Shown here: positions 8,971 through 17,278 of the stretch, in pieces
How the letters are laid out: the number at the start of each line of letters is the position of its first letter
How positions within the stretch are numbered: position 1 is the first letter of the stretch
Assembly: GCA_036267155.1 (NCBI GenBank)
Contig: DATAWP010000082.1
Coordinates: forward strand, 35,686 to 99,685
Direction: 5' to 3'
DNA from: Tepidisphaeraceae bacterium
GTDB taxonomy: Bacteria > Planctomycetota > Phycisphaerae > Tepidisphaerales > Tepidisphaeraceae
DNA length: 64,000 nt
The notes under the pieces: model-generated
What the model saw: only the letters and a program-made list of their open reading frames with translations
What the model was told of the DNA's origin: nothing
Databases searched by the model: none
Translations under genes and position numbers: made by a program

Positions 8971-10530
8971 ATGGCCGCCGAAACTCTTTCGGATTTCCTG
9001 AAACTGCTGGAGCGCGAGGGGGAGCTGGCGCGCATTTCCGCCGAGGTTGATCCGAAACTGGAAATCGCAGCGATCTGCGATCGGGTGTGCAAAATGCCCG
9101 CCCCTCACGGACATCGGGAACTGGATCGGTCCCCAGCAGCCAACCTGGGGGGAAAAGCGCTGCTGTTCGAAAACGTCCGCGGATCGGACATTCCCGTTGC
9201 CATCAACACATTCGGATCCTACTGGCGAGTGAATCAGGCATTGGGAACGGCGACCCTCGGCGACTTGGCGGAACGGGTGCAAGCGCTGGTGAAGCCGGAG
9301 ATTCCGACGACCCTGATGGAGAAGATGAAGAAGTTGCCGGACTTGCTGAAGTTGGGCAGTTTCCCGCCGAAGTCGGTTCGCAGCGGGATATGTCAGCAAG
9401 TGGTGCTCGAAGGCGAGAATGCGGATTTAGATCGCTTGCCGATCATCCAATGCTGGCCGCTGGACGGCGATCTGGACAGCGGTCAGGCTTTGGATCCAGC
9501 GGCATGCGCGGCAGTCACCGAACGCGGAAGCGGACGATACATCACGCTCGGCGGAATCTTTACCCAGGACCCCGAAACCGGCGATCGCAACATCGGGATG
9601 TATCGCGTCCAGCAATTCGGCCCCCGAAAGTGCGCGATGCACTGGCACATGCACCACGACGGGGCGCGGCATTTTCGGATGTATCAGAAAAAGGGCGAGA
9701 AAATGCCGCTCGCCATTGTGCTGGGTGGGGAAAGCGTGCTGCCCTACGCGGCCACCGCCCCGCTGCCGCCGGGGATTGAGGAGTTGCTCTTCGCCGGTTT
9801 TTTAAATGACCGCGGCATTGAACTCGTGCCCTGCCGCACGATTCCGCTGGAAGTGCCGGCCAACGCGGAGATTGTTATCGAAGGTTACGTCGATCCGAAG
9901 GAAAAACTAGTCGAAGGCCCATTCGGCGATCACACCGGATTTTACAGCCTGGCGGATTGGTATCCGGCTTTTTACGTGACAGCGATCACTCATCGGAAAA
10001 ATCCGGTGTATGCGACGACGATCGTCGGCAAGCCGCCGATGGAAGATTATTTTCTGGGAAAAGCGACGGAGCGAATTTTTCTTCCCTTGCTGCGAACCAT
10101 CGTGCCGGACCTGTTGGATTACAGCCTGCCGATCAGCGGCGTTTTTCACAACTGTGCCTTCGTGAAGATTCGCAAGGAATATCCGTATCACGCCCGGCGA
10201 ATCATGCACGCGATCTGGGGCGCGGGGCAAATGTCGTTCACCAAGTTCATCATCGTCGTGGACGAGCACGTGAACGTGCACGATGAGCAGGATGTGCTGT
10301 TCCATCTGTTTTCCAATTGCGATCCGCGGCGCGACAGCGAGATCGTGCAGGGGCCGGTGGACATTCTGGATCACGCCAGCCCCGAGCACGGAGCGGGAAG
10401 CAAGATCGGCTTCGACGCGACGGTCAAATGGCCCGGCGAGGGACAGGTGCGGACGTGGCCGAAGGAATTGGAGATGGATCAGAAGACGAAGGAGCTGATT
10501 GAGCGGAGATGGAAGGAGTATGGGGTGTAG
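8971..10530 (+). CDS. UbiD-family (prenyl-FMN dependent) decarboxylase, menaquinone/ubiquinone biosynthesis type
   Basis: 519 aa. It shows the typical UbiD length and motifs (LFENVRGSDIPVAINTFGS, NIGMYRVQ, HWHMHHDGARHFR, GPFGDHTGFYS). Confidence 0.85.
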   Translation: MAAETLSDFLKLLEREGELARISAEVDPKLEIAAICDRVCKMPAPHGHRELDRSPAANLGGKALLFENVRGSDIPVAINTFGSYWRVNQALGTATLGDLAERVQALVKPEIPTTLMEKMKKLPDLLKLGSFPPKSVRSGICQQVVLEGENADLDRLPIIQCWPLDGDLDSGQALDPAACAAVTERGSGRYITLGGIFTQDPETGDRNIGMYRVQQFGPRKCAMHWHMHHDGARHFRMYQKKGEKMPLAIVLGGESVLPYAATAPLPPGIEELLFAGFLNDRGIELVPCRTIPLEVPANAEIVIEGYVDPKEKLVEGPFGDHTGFYSLADWYPAFYVTAITHRKNPVYATTIVGKPPMEDYFLGKATERIFLPLLRTIVPDLLDYSLPISGVFHNCAFVKIRKEYPYHARRIMHAIWGAGQMSFTKFIIVVDEHVNVHDEQDVLFHLFSNCDPRRDSEIVQGPVDILDHASPEHGAGSKIGFDATVKWPGEGQVRTWPKELEMDQKTKELIERRWKEYGV

Positions 10531-10748
10531 TGTCGCGGGACACCTATAAGCTGGACGTTGCGAAGCACGGTGGCGCGCACGTTGATCGTTATCGACGCGG
10601 AAGCAATGTGGGACGATACCGTCTGGACGGCACGCCGATTCCCCATAATGGCGTGATTCCTGCGCCGATACCCGCTTCCGATCAGCAAAGGTTTCAGTCG
10701 GAAACGGCCAAGGCTAGGGGCTTGTTGGGTGGTCAAAATCGGCCATAG
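10509..10748 (+). CDS. small hypothetical ORF (uncertain)
   Basis: 79-aa ORF with an ATG start that overlaps the UbiD 3' end by 22 nt. It has a non-repetitive composition (HGGAHVDRYRRGSNVGRYRLDGTPIPHNG). No family recognised. Confidence 0.3.
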   Translation: MEGVWGVVSRDTYKLDVAKHGGAHVDRYRRGSNVGRYRLDGTPIPHNGVIPAPIPASDQQRFQSETAKARGLLGGQNRP

Positions 10749-10773
10749 ATCGTATGATTTCCGCAACGGTTAA

Positions 10774-11079
10774 TTGCAGATGAAGGTTCCTCGGATCATT
10801 CCACCCAAGACGGTTGTTCGGCTCGGCCGATATGATGACTCCACGCCCCAATGGCGCCGTCAAATCGGCCGTGAATTTCGCGTCGGCTATTATTCACGGC
10901 ACGATGGTCTGGAATGCATCTGGTTGGTAAACGATTCCGGAGATTATGAGCAAACGACTGATCGCGCCACGCTATTAATGTACTTTGATATTCTAAAATT
11001 ATCGCACGAGGTAAACGTTTTTGGTGTGAATCGTTCGCCCCTGGGCGCGCGGCGGCGGCGGCGCACCGCAGCGGCATAA
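10774..11079 (+). CDS. hypothetical protein
   Basis: 101-aa ORF with balanced composition except for an Arg-rich tail. The DNA is locally more AT-rich than its surroundings. Confidence 0.45.
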   Translation: MQMKVPRIIPPKTVVRLGRYDDSTPQWRRQIGREFRVGYYSRHDGLECIWLVNDSGDYEQTTDRATLLMYFDILKLSHEVNVFGVNRSPLGARRRRRTAAA

Positions 11080-11081
11080 AC

Positions 11082-11816
11082 TTGGGCCGAGAACAGCTTT
11101 CATGGGGAAACGTGCCGATCCAGATAATCTGTGAGTGCGGCAAGCGGTTCAGCGTCGGCGATCAATTTGCCGGCAAACGGGGACGCTGCAAAGCGTGCGG
11201 GCGAGTGGTGACGGTCCCGGCGGCGCAACCGGCCAAGCCGATGGTGAAGCCGGGTCCGTCGCCGGATGATCTTGTTGCCGCGCCAGCGCCGAAGAGGAAC
11301 AACCCGTCCTTGTTCGCCGCGTATCCGCCCTTCAGCAAGCAGGATCGCGGCGGGGAAGGGAAGCCGGCACGCGTATCGATCCATGTCAATCCAGCACTCG
11401 TTTTGCTGGTGATTTTGGCGATCGGCATTCCGAGCGGGATTTACCTCGTTGAACAGGGCCCGATCAAGGCCAAGAACCAGTGGGAAAAGATCGAGCCGAC
11501 GGCCGAGGGAAATATCACCTCGCAGATCACGCGCGCCATTCAGCATGAATACACGGCTTTCGTTGCCGACGATGAAGCGATATCACGGCGCAAGGCGTTG
11601 AACGTTGTATTTGCCGAGCCCGTGATCATGATTCGTTTACCGGAATCGGTGCAGATACAAGGTCGCACCACGGAGGGATTGTTCGTGGGCGAATTTTATC
11701 CGCACACCATGCGATTTGAGGCGAGCGTTCCCATCCTCGGCCAAATTCACAAGGTGGAGGGCAGCGTTTCCGATGAAGATCAATCGCTGAATCTCGACGG
11801 CCAAAAAATCAACTGA
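11082..11816 (+). CDS. hypothetical membrane-anchored protein with N-terminal zinc-ribbon
   Basis: 244 aa. CECGKRFSVGDQFAGKRGRCKACG is a CxxC...CxxC zinc ribbon. One TM helix follows (ALVLLVILAIGIPSGIYLV). Confidence 0.6.
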   Translation: MGREQLSWGNVPIQIICECGKRFSVGDQFAGKRGRCKACGRVVTVPAAQPAKPMVKPGPSPDDLVAAPAPKRNNPSLFAAYPPFSKQDRGGEGKPARVSIHVNPALVLLVILAIGIPSGIYLVEQGPIKAKNQWEKIEPTAEGNITSQITRAIQHEYTAFVADDEAISRRKALNVVFAEPVIMIRLPESVQIQGRTTEGLFVGEFYPHTMRFEASVPILGQIHKVEGSVSDEDQSLNLDGQKIN

Positions 11817-11837
11817 CGGTATTCGCGTGGCTGGGGG

Positions 11838-12686
11838 CTATGCGGTCTCGCGCTGCACCTTTTCGCGCAATGCACGGACTAACTTCAGAGTGATGGGACC
11901 GCAACGGCCATCGCCGACGGAGCGGCCATTCCATTGGGCGACCCATGAAATCTCGCGCGTGGTGCTGGTGATGAATAGCTCGTCGGCGTGGCGGGCTTCC
12001 TCTTCGCTGAACGCGCGCTCATCAACTGAAACTTGCAGCTTTGGGGCCAATTCCAACAGGACCGCGCGCGTGATGCCTGGCAGAACTTTGCCGCCGACGG
12101 GATGGGTCACAAGCCGGCCGCCGATGACGGCGAAAATGTTGCTGGCGGAGCACTCGGTGACCAGATCGTTTTCGACAAAGACGGCTTCATCGGCTCCGGC
12201 GGCGAGCGCCTGATTTTTGGCCAGGACGTTCGGCAGGAGGCCGATGGATTTGATCCAGCAACGCTTCCAACGCTCATCGGGAACGGTGACCAGTTTTAGG
12301 CCGTCACTGGTCGCGGCATCGGCGACGGGCGGCAGGGCGCGAACGTAAAACAGAAGCGTGGCTTGGGTCTGCGAAAATGCGTGATTTCGCGGGGCGCAGC
12401 CGCGGGTCAACTGGAGGTAAATCATCCCGTCGGGAACCGCCGCTTGAGCCAGGAATTTCCCGATCTCGGCGGTGAGAGCGGGCGCGCCGATCGGAAGAGA
12501 CAACTGGATTCCCGCGGCGGATTTTTCCAGGCGTTGGAGATGAAGATCCAGAGCGAAGGGTTTGCGTTTGTAGAGGCGAATCACCTCATAAACCCCATCG
12601 GCGAATTGGAAGCCCCGGTCTTCAACGCCGATTCGTGCATCGGCCAAGGGTTGGATTTCGCCGTTGATCCAAATCAATTCGCTCAT
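11838..12686 (-). CDS. class IV (D-amino-acid/branched-chain) aminotransferase family protein
   Basis: 282 aa. EDRGFQFADGVYEVIRLY and the ...GITR... pattern are typical of fold-type IV PLP enzymes. Confidence 0.8.
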   Translation of the reverse strand: MSELIWINGEIQPLADARIGVEDRGFQFADGVYEVIRLYKRKPFALDLHLQRLEKSAAGIQLSLPIGAPALTAEIGKFLAQAAVPDGMIYLQLTRGCAPRNHAFSQTQATLLFYVRALPPVADAATSDGLKLVTVPDERWKRCWIKSIGLLPNVLAKNQALAAGADEAVFVENDLVTECSASNIFAVIGGRLVTHPVGGKVLPGITRAVLLELAPKLQVSVDERAFSEEEARHADELFITSTTREISWVAQWNGRSVGDGRCGPITLKLVRALREKVQRETA

Positions 12687-12899
12687 TACACACCAGATTC
12701 AAAAACGGTAACGAGATGGCCCACCCACCGCAACCACTGCATGCAGGAAACATCGACGAGGGGCGCAGAGCCAAGCCGCAATAAGTTGCTGTGAGAAAAT
12801 AAGTTAGACGATATTCATTCCGTCTTGATCGAATGATTGTATTATATTGACGGTGGTTAAACGGTTAGAATTGGGTTGGTCTTTATTTGGTGAGAACTT

Positions 12900-14099
12900 A
12901 TGAAAGGACGTTTACGGGCGGGAATCATTGGCTACGGCCGGATGGGGCGCGGTTTCGTTGCCGCGATGCAGCAGAGCGACTTTTGGGAAGTGGCGGCGAT
13001 ATGTGATGTATCGGCGGATGCGCGCGACTTGGCCGGTAAGTCGGCTCCCGGCGCGAAAATCGTGTCGGATTCCGATGCGATTTTTTCGGACGGCGACATT
13101 GACGTGGTGGGACTTTTTACGTTGGCCGATGCCCGGCCGGCGCAAATCCGGCAGGCGTTGGAAGCGAAAAAACATGTGATCGCCGAGAAGCCGCTGGCGG
13201 CGGATGTGGCGACGGAATGGGAATTGGTCAGGGCAATCGAGGCGAGCGACCGCCTCGTCGCGGTGAATCTGTTCAACCGCAATGCGTGGTATCACAAGGA
13301 TATTCAGGCGTTCATCGCCGAGGGTGAAATTGGTGATCTGGCGATCATCCGCATTGGCCACATGACTCCCGGTCACATGCCGACCGAGGGGCACGAGCCC
13401 GAAGGGCCGCCGTTTCACGACTGCGGCATGCATTACGTCGACGTCGCCCGCTGGTATGCGCACAGCGAATTCGAAAAATGGCACGCGCAGGGAATTCGGA
13501 TGTGGGATTACAAGGATCCGTGGTGGGTTCAGGCGCACGGCCAATTCGCCAACGGAGTTGTTTTCGACATCACGCAGGGATTCGTCTACGGACATCTGGC
13601 CGTCGAGAAAACGCATAATTGTTACGTCGATGTCATCGGCACCAAGGGGGTGTGCCGAATGCGGCACAACTTCATCGACGCCACGATTGAGATGCACGGG
13701 GTCCATGCGACGGTGAAGAAGACGGGACTGTTCAACGACAAGAAGCTGGATGTGATGGTTGATGCGTTTGCGCGATCGGTGGCGGCGGGGAAGAACCTGG
13801 GAATGCCGTCGGCGCGTGACAGCGTTGTGGCGTCGGAAGTCGCCTGGGCGATGCTGCACGACGCGATTGCCAACGACCCGCCGGTGAAGGGAACCAAACG
13901 GGAAATGCAGCAGATTCTTCAGCATCGTCGGACATTGAGGACGGGCTTCGGCCTGCCCTCGCGGCCGCAAGGCTGTCCCGACGAGCCGATTCCGGCGGGC
14001 CAGCCGCCGCTGGCGTGCGGCGAGGAATTGTGCGGCCTTCAGGAAGCACAGGCACGCGCGACGGAGCAGGAATCTTCCGAGGCGGCTAAACGACGATAA
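12900..14099 (+). CDS. Gfo/Idh/MocA-family oxidoreductase
   Basis: 399 aa. It has an N-terminal Rossmann GIIGYGRMGRGF and the EKP motif (HVIAEKPLA). Confidence 0.85.
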   Translation: MKGRLRAGIIGYGRMGRGFVAAMQQSDFWEVAAICDVSADARDLAGKSAPGAKIVSDSDAIFSDGDIDVVGLFTLADARPAQIRQALEAKKHVIAEKPLAADVATEWELVRAIEASDRLVAVNLFNRNAWYHKDIQAFIAEGEIGDLAIIRIGHMTPGHMPTEGHEPEGPPFHDCGMHYVDVARWYAHSEFEKWHAQGIRMWDYKDPWWVQAHGQFANGVVFDITQGFVYGHLAVEKTHNCYVDVIGTKGVCRMRHNFIDATIEMHGVHATVKKTGLFNDKKLDVMVDAFARSVAAGKNLGMPSARDSVVASEVAWAMLHDAIANDPPVKGTKREMQQILQHRRTLRTGFGLPSRPQGCPDEPIPAGQPPLACGEELCGLQEAQARATEQESSEAAKRR

Positions 14100-15106
14100 A
14101 CGTCTTGCCAATTCGCGATAAACTGCGTGGCCGAAAACCGCTCCCGCGACGCCGCTTGGGCGGCGCGAATCATTTTTGATCGCAATGCCTCATCCTGTGG
14201 TAGATCCAAAACGCGCTGGGCAAGCCTGCGGGGGTTGTCGCCCGGTTCCATCAAGGCGGTCACATTATCTTCCAGAAACTCAGCGGAAGCGGACGTCTTC
14301 ACCGCGACGATGGGAAGCCCCGCGGCCATGCAATCGAACACGGGAAGCATCGGCGCGAAGGCGTGGGCGGCGACAATTGCGGCGTTAGCGGCAGGAATGA
14401 TCTGCTCGAAATCGACCGTTTTTCCGAGCCGGTTTTCAGCGTGGACCAGCAGATTCTCTTTTCGAGTGGACCGAGTGAAATGGCTTAAAGATTCGGCGCA
14501 TGTTCCGCGGCCCCAGATCAACATGCGGTAACGCGCGTCCAGAAAATTCAATATAGCCGTGGCCCAGATCGATTGCCGGTGAGCCGCCTCGCGGGATGAT
14601 TCGCCAGGCGCGAGCAAGACCACATCGGAATCCGCGATACCCAAATCCGCGCGAAGCTGGGCGTCCGGCTCGCGCAATCGGTCGAAATCGACACCGGGAA
14701 AAATAACGTGGCATCGGTCGGCGGACGCGCCGCGATTGACGAAGGCATTTCGCAACGCCGATGTGGGACAGACGATTTCAACGCGGCGGCGATGCAGGAC
14801 GAAATTGATCCAGGGAAGCCAGGCGCCACTCACGGGGGCCTGCGGACTGAAGATGATGCGGCCAAATCCCGACGCCGCCGCGGCGATCAACTCGGTCGCT
14901 CCCCACGCATGGGCGATGCCCGCGCGCGGCCGGCTGGATGAGCGCAGGGCGATGATCGCCTGGGGCATGTTGGTGAAGTCCCCACTGGGGCCGATGCTCC
15001 TGGCCGTAACCGACACGCCGTTCGTCTGATTTGTTGACAGCAGTTCGACGGAACGCATCGTCTGAAAGTCGCATCGGGCGGGGTACAGGTGCAGAATGCC
15101 GAGCAT
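14039..15106 (-). CDS. glycosyltransferase family 4-like (GT-B) protein
   Basis: 355 aa. The C-terminal half carries a GT1/GT4-like E-x7-E region (PMLPVFDCMAAGLPIVAVKTSASAEFLEDNVTALM). Confidence 0.7.
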   Translation of the reverse strand: MLGILHLYPARCDFQTMRSVELLSTNQTNGVSVTARSIGPSGDFTNMPQAIIALRSSSRPRAGIAHAWGATELIAAAASGFGRIIFSPQAPVSGAWLPWINFVLHRRRVEIVCPTSALRNAFVNRGASADRCHVIFPGVDFDRLREPDAQLRADLGIADSDVVLLAPGESSREAAHRQSIWATAILNFLDARYRMLIWGRGTCAESLSHFTRSTRKENLLVHAENRLGKTVDFEQIIPAANAAIVAAHAFAPMLPVFDCMAAGLPIVAVKTSASAEFLEDNVTALMEPGDNPRRLAQRVLDLPQDEALRSKMIRAAQAASRERFSATQFIANWQDVYRRLAASEDSCSVARACAS

Positions 15107-15162
15107 GATCGCGAGTTACGGTAGCGGAAACGTCCGGAGGTGCAACGACTCGTCGCATCTGG

Positions 15163-15609
15163 TCATTTCTCGCGGCTGTTCAGGACGAACGTGACGGGGC
15201 CGTCGTTGACCAGAGCGATTTGCATGTCGGCGCCGAACTGTCCGATCTCCGTGTTCACGCCCTGGCCGCGCACGGCGGCGACGAGTTGATCGAACGTTTC
15301 GCGGCCGGCGATTGGATCGGCCGCCGCGGACAACGACGGGCGACGGCCTTTGCGGGCGTCAGCAGCAACGGTGAAATTGCTCACCAGCAGAATCGATCCG
15401 CCGATTTGTTTGACATCCAGTTCGAAATTGCGCTGACCATCAGAAAAAATTCGCAGGGTTGCTAGTTTCTGCGCCGTCCAGGTCAGGTCTTGGGGTTCAT
15501 CCGCGGAATGGACCGCGGCCAGGACGAGCATTCCCTGACCGATCTGGCCAACAATATTGCCAGCGACGGTCACGGCGGCCTGAGTCACGCGTTGAATGAC
15601 GCAGATCAT
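15163..15609 (-). CDS. dtd: D-aminoacyl-tRNA deacylase
   Basis: From the internal ATG at 15609: MICVIQRVTQAAVTV...SNFTV...GRRPS...NDGPVTF. These are canonical Dtd motifs. There is a 4-nt overlap with the upstream gene's stop. Confidence 0.9.
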   Translation of the reverse strand: MICVIQRVTQAAVTVAGNIVGQIGQGMLVLAAVHSADEPQDLTWTAQKLATLRIFSDGQRNFELDVKQIGGSILLVSNFTVAADARKGRRPSLSAAADPIAGRETFDQLVAAVRGQGVNTEIGQFGADMQIALVNDGPVTFVLNSREK

Positions 15610-17021
15610 GCCGGGCAATGCTCCGCACGATTGGCCAGGATGGAAAGCAGCGTTCCGAAAGTTCGCGTCGGCGTGATGCGGTCGATTCGGACATCGACCA
15701 GATCGCCGGTTTGGGATGTGTCGCTGTCGAAATGTACGTCGAAGTACCGTTCGCAGCGGCCGTGGCGGATGTTGCCGTGCATGGCCCCTTCCGCTTCGCG
15801 CTCGACGAGCAACTGAACGCTTTGTCCGATGAACTTTGATCGAAAGGCGAGGCTGAATTCGTCGGCGCGGCGATGGAGCAGGTCAAGTCGATCGCCTACA
15901 ACGGGACCCCGGACGAAATCGGGTTCCCAGCGGGCGGCGGCCGTTCCGGGCCGGGGCGAAAAGGGAAAAGCGTGGATGTGGACGAAGCGGGCGCGGTCGA
16001 CGACATCGAGCGTTTGCTGAAAATCCGCGTCGGTTTCGCCGGGGAAACCGACGATGATGTCGGTTGTCAGGGCTGGGCGGTCGAATGCCAGATCAATTCG
16101 GTCGATCAGGCGAAGAAAATCATCACGGGTGTATTGGCGATTCATTTTCCGCAGGATGGCGTCGGAACCACTTTGCAGTGGTAAATGGAAATGCGGAACG
16201 ACCTGCGGATGCGATCGAAGCACTCGAAGCAACTCGTCGTCCAGATCGCCCGGCTCAAGGCTGGAAAGGCGCAGACGACGAAGTCCCGGAACGCCCGTGC
16301 AAAGCGATTCAACAACTCGCGCCAGGGGGCGGCCGGCTTCGGCCGATTGCCGGCGGCGAAGCGCGGTTTTTTGGCCGTACGCGCTGAGGAAAATGCCGGT
16401 CAAGACCAACTCAAGATGACCGGCGGCGACGAGCTGACGAGCCTCTTTGAGCATCTCATCGGGCGGTTTGCTCCAAAGCGATGGCCGAAGGCGGGGGATG
16501 ATGCAATAGGTGCAATGGGCATCGCAGCCATCCTGGATTTTGAGAAATGCCCGCTGATGTCGCGCTTGGCGTTGGCCCAGCAGCGGCAACGAGTGAGTGC
16601 CCGTTGAGCCGGGACGGACCGGTAAATCGCTGTGTATGGGGAAGTCGGACAGGAATTCTTTCAATCGCTCGGCGATATCGTCCTGGTGGGTCAGGACCAG
16701 ATCGACGCCGGGCAGCCGGCTGGCGGCTTCCCGATCGCTCGTCGCCCAACAGCCCATGACGATCACGCGGGGTTTCGCACCCTCCGGCGTTGGATTGGCG
16801 GCGGCGGATTGACCCAGAACCGGCAATTTCACCGCCCGGCGAGCGGATTGGCGGCTTTTACTGGCAGCCTCAACGGTAACACTGCAGGTGTTGACGATTC
16901 TCAATTCCGCCGCGGCTGCGTCGGATTCAACCCATCCTCGCGACCGCAATAGCGAAGCGACTTGTTCGCTTTCGTATTGGTTTACCTTGCAGCCGAGGGT
17001 TTGGATGAAGAATGTCCGCAT
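15606..17021 (-). CDS. mtaB: radical-SAM methylthiotransferase, MtaB-like (MiaB/RimO family)
   Basis: 471 aa. It has the N-terminal TLGCKVNQYES UPF0004 domain, the radical-SAM cluster motif CDAHCTYC, and a C-terminal TRAM-like segment. Confidence 0.8.
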   Translation of the reverse strand: MRTFFIQTLGCKVNQYESEQVASLLRSRGWVESDAAAAELRIVNTCSVTVEAASKSRQSARRAVKLPVLGQSAAANPTPEGAKPRVIVMGCWATSDREAASRLPGVDLVLTHQDDIAERLKEFLSDFPIHSDLPVRPGSTGTHSLPLLGQRQARHQRAFLKIQDGCDAHCTYCIIPRLRPSLWSKPPDEMLKEARQLVAAGHLELVLTGIFLSAYGQKTALRRRQSAEAGRPLARVVESLCTGVPGLRRLRLSSLEPGDLDDELLRVLRSHPQVVPHFHLPLQSGSDAILRKMNRQYTRDDFLRLIDRIDLAFDRPALTTDIIVGFPGETDADFQQTLDVVDRARFVHIHAFPFSPRPGTAAARWEPDFVRGPVVGDRLDLLHRRADEFSLAFRSKFIGQSVQLLVEREAEGAMHGNIRHGRCERYFDVHFDSDTSQTGDLVDVRIDRITPTRTFGTLLSILANRAEHCPA

Positions 17022-17278
17022 GACAATGGGGCCGAACCTGCTGGTCCAATGATGGCGGTAAACGGGGGAACTTCAAGGGGCGTTTGAACGTCTAATAAAT
17101 AACCGATTTGTTCGGGAGATAGATGGTTGTTGAAGTCATTCGGCAAAGCGGTTACATCTTAGGGTTTGCCTGGCGGCGGGTGAGTGAAGCCCGCGAGGTT
17201 TCAGACAGAGCCTAAGGTCAAGCGGCGGGTCAAAAGACGGTCCGCCGCCCTTCCAGAACGATCAGTAGAGGAGCAGGT

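Noticed and set aside
14081-14091. GGCGGCTAAAC, matching the head of the REP-like element near the RAYT gene
   Set aside because: The identity is only 11 nt, it lies inside overlapping CDS ends, and no partner arm forms a hairpin. This is likely chance.
12912-14111. 399-aa minus-strand ORF exactly mirroring the Gfo/Idh/MocA gene
   Set aside because: It is extremely Arg/His/Pro-rich with no motifs. This is a typical antisense shadow ORF in high-GC DNA, and the plus-strand product has clear Rossmann/EKP motifs.
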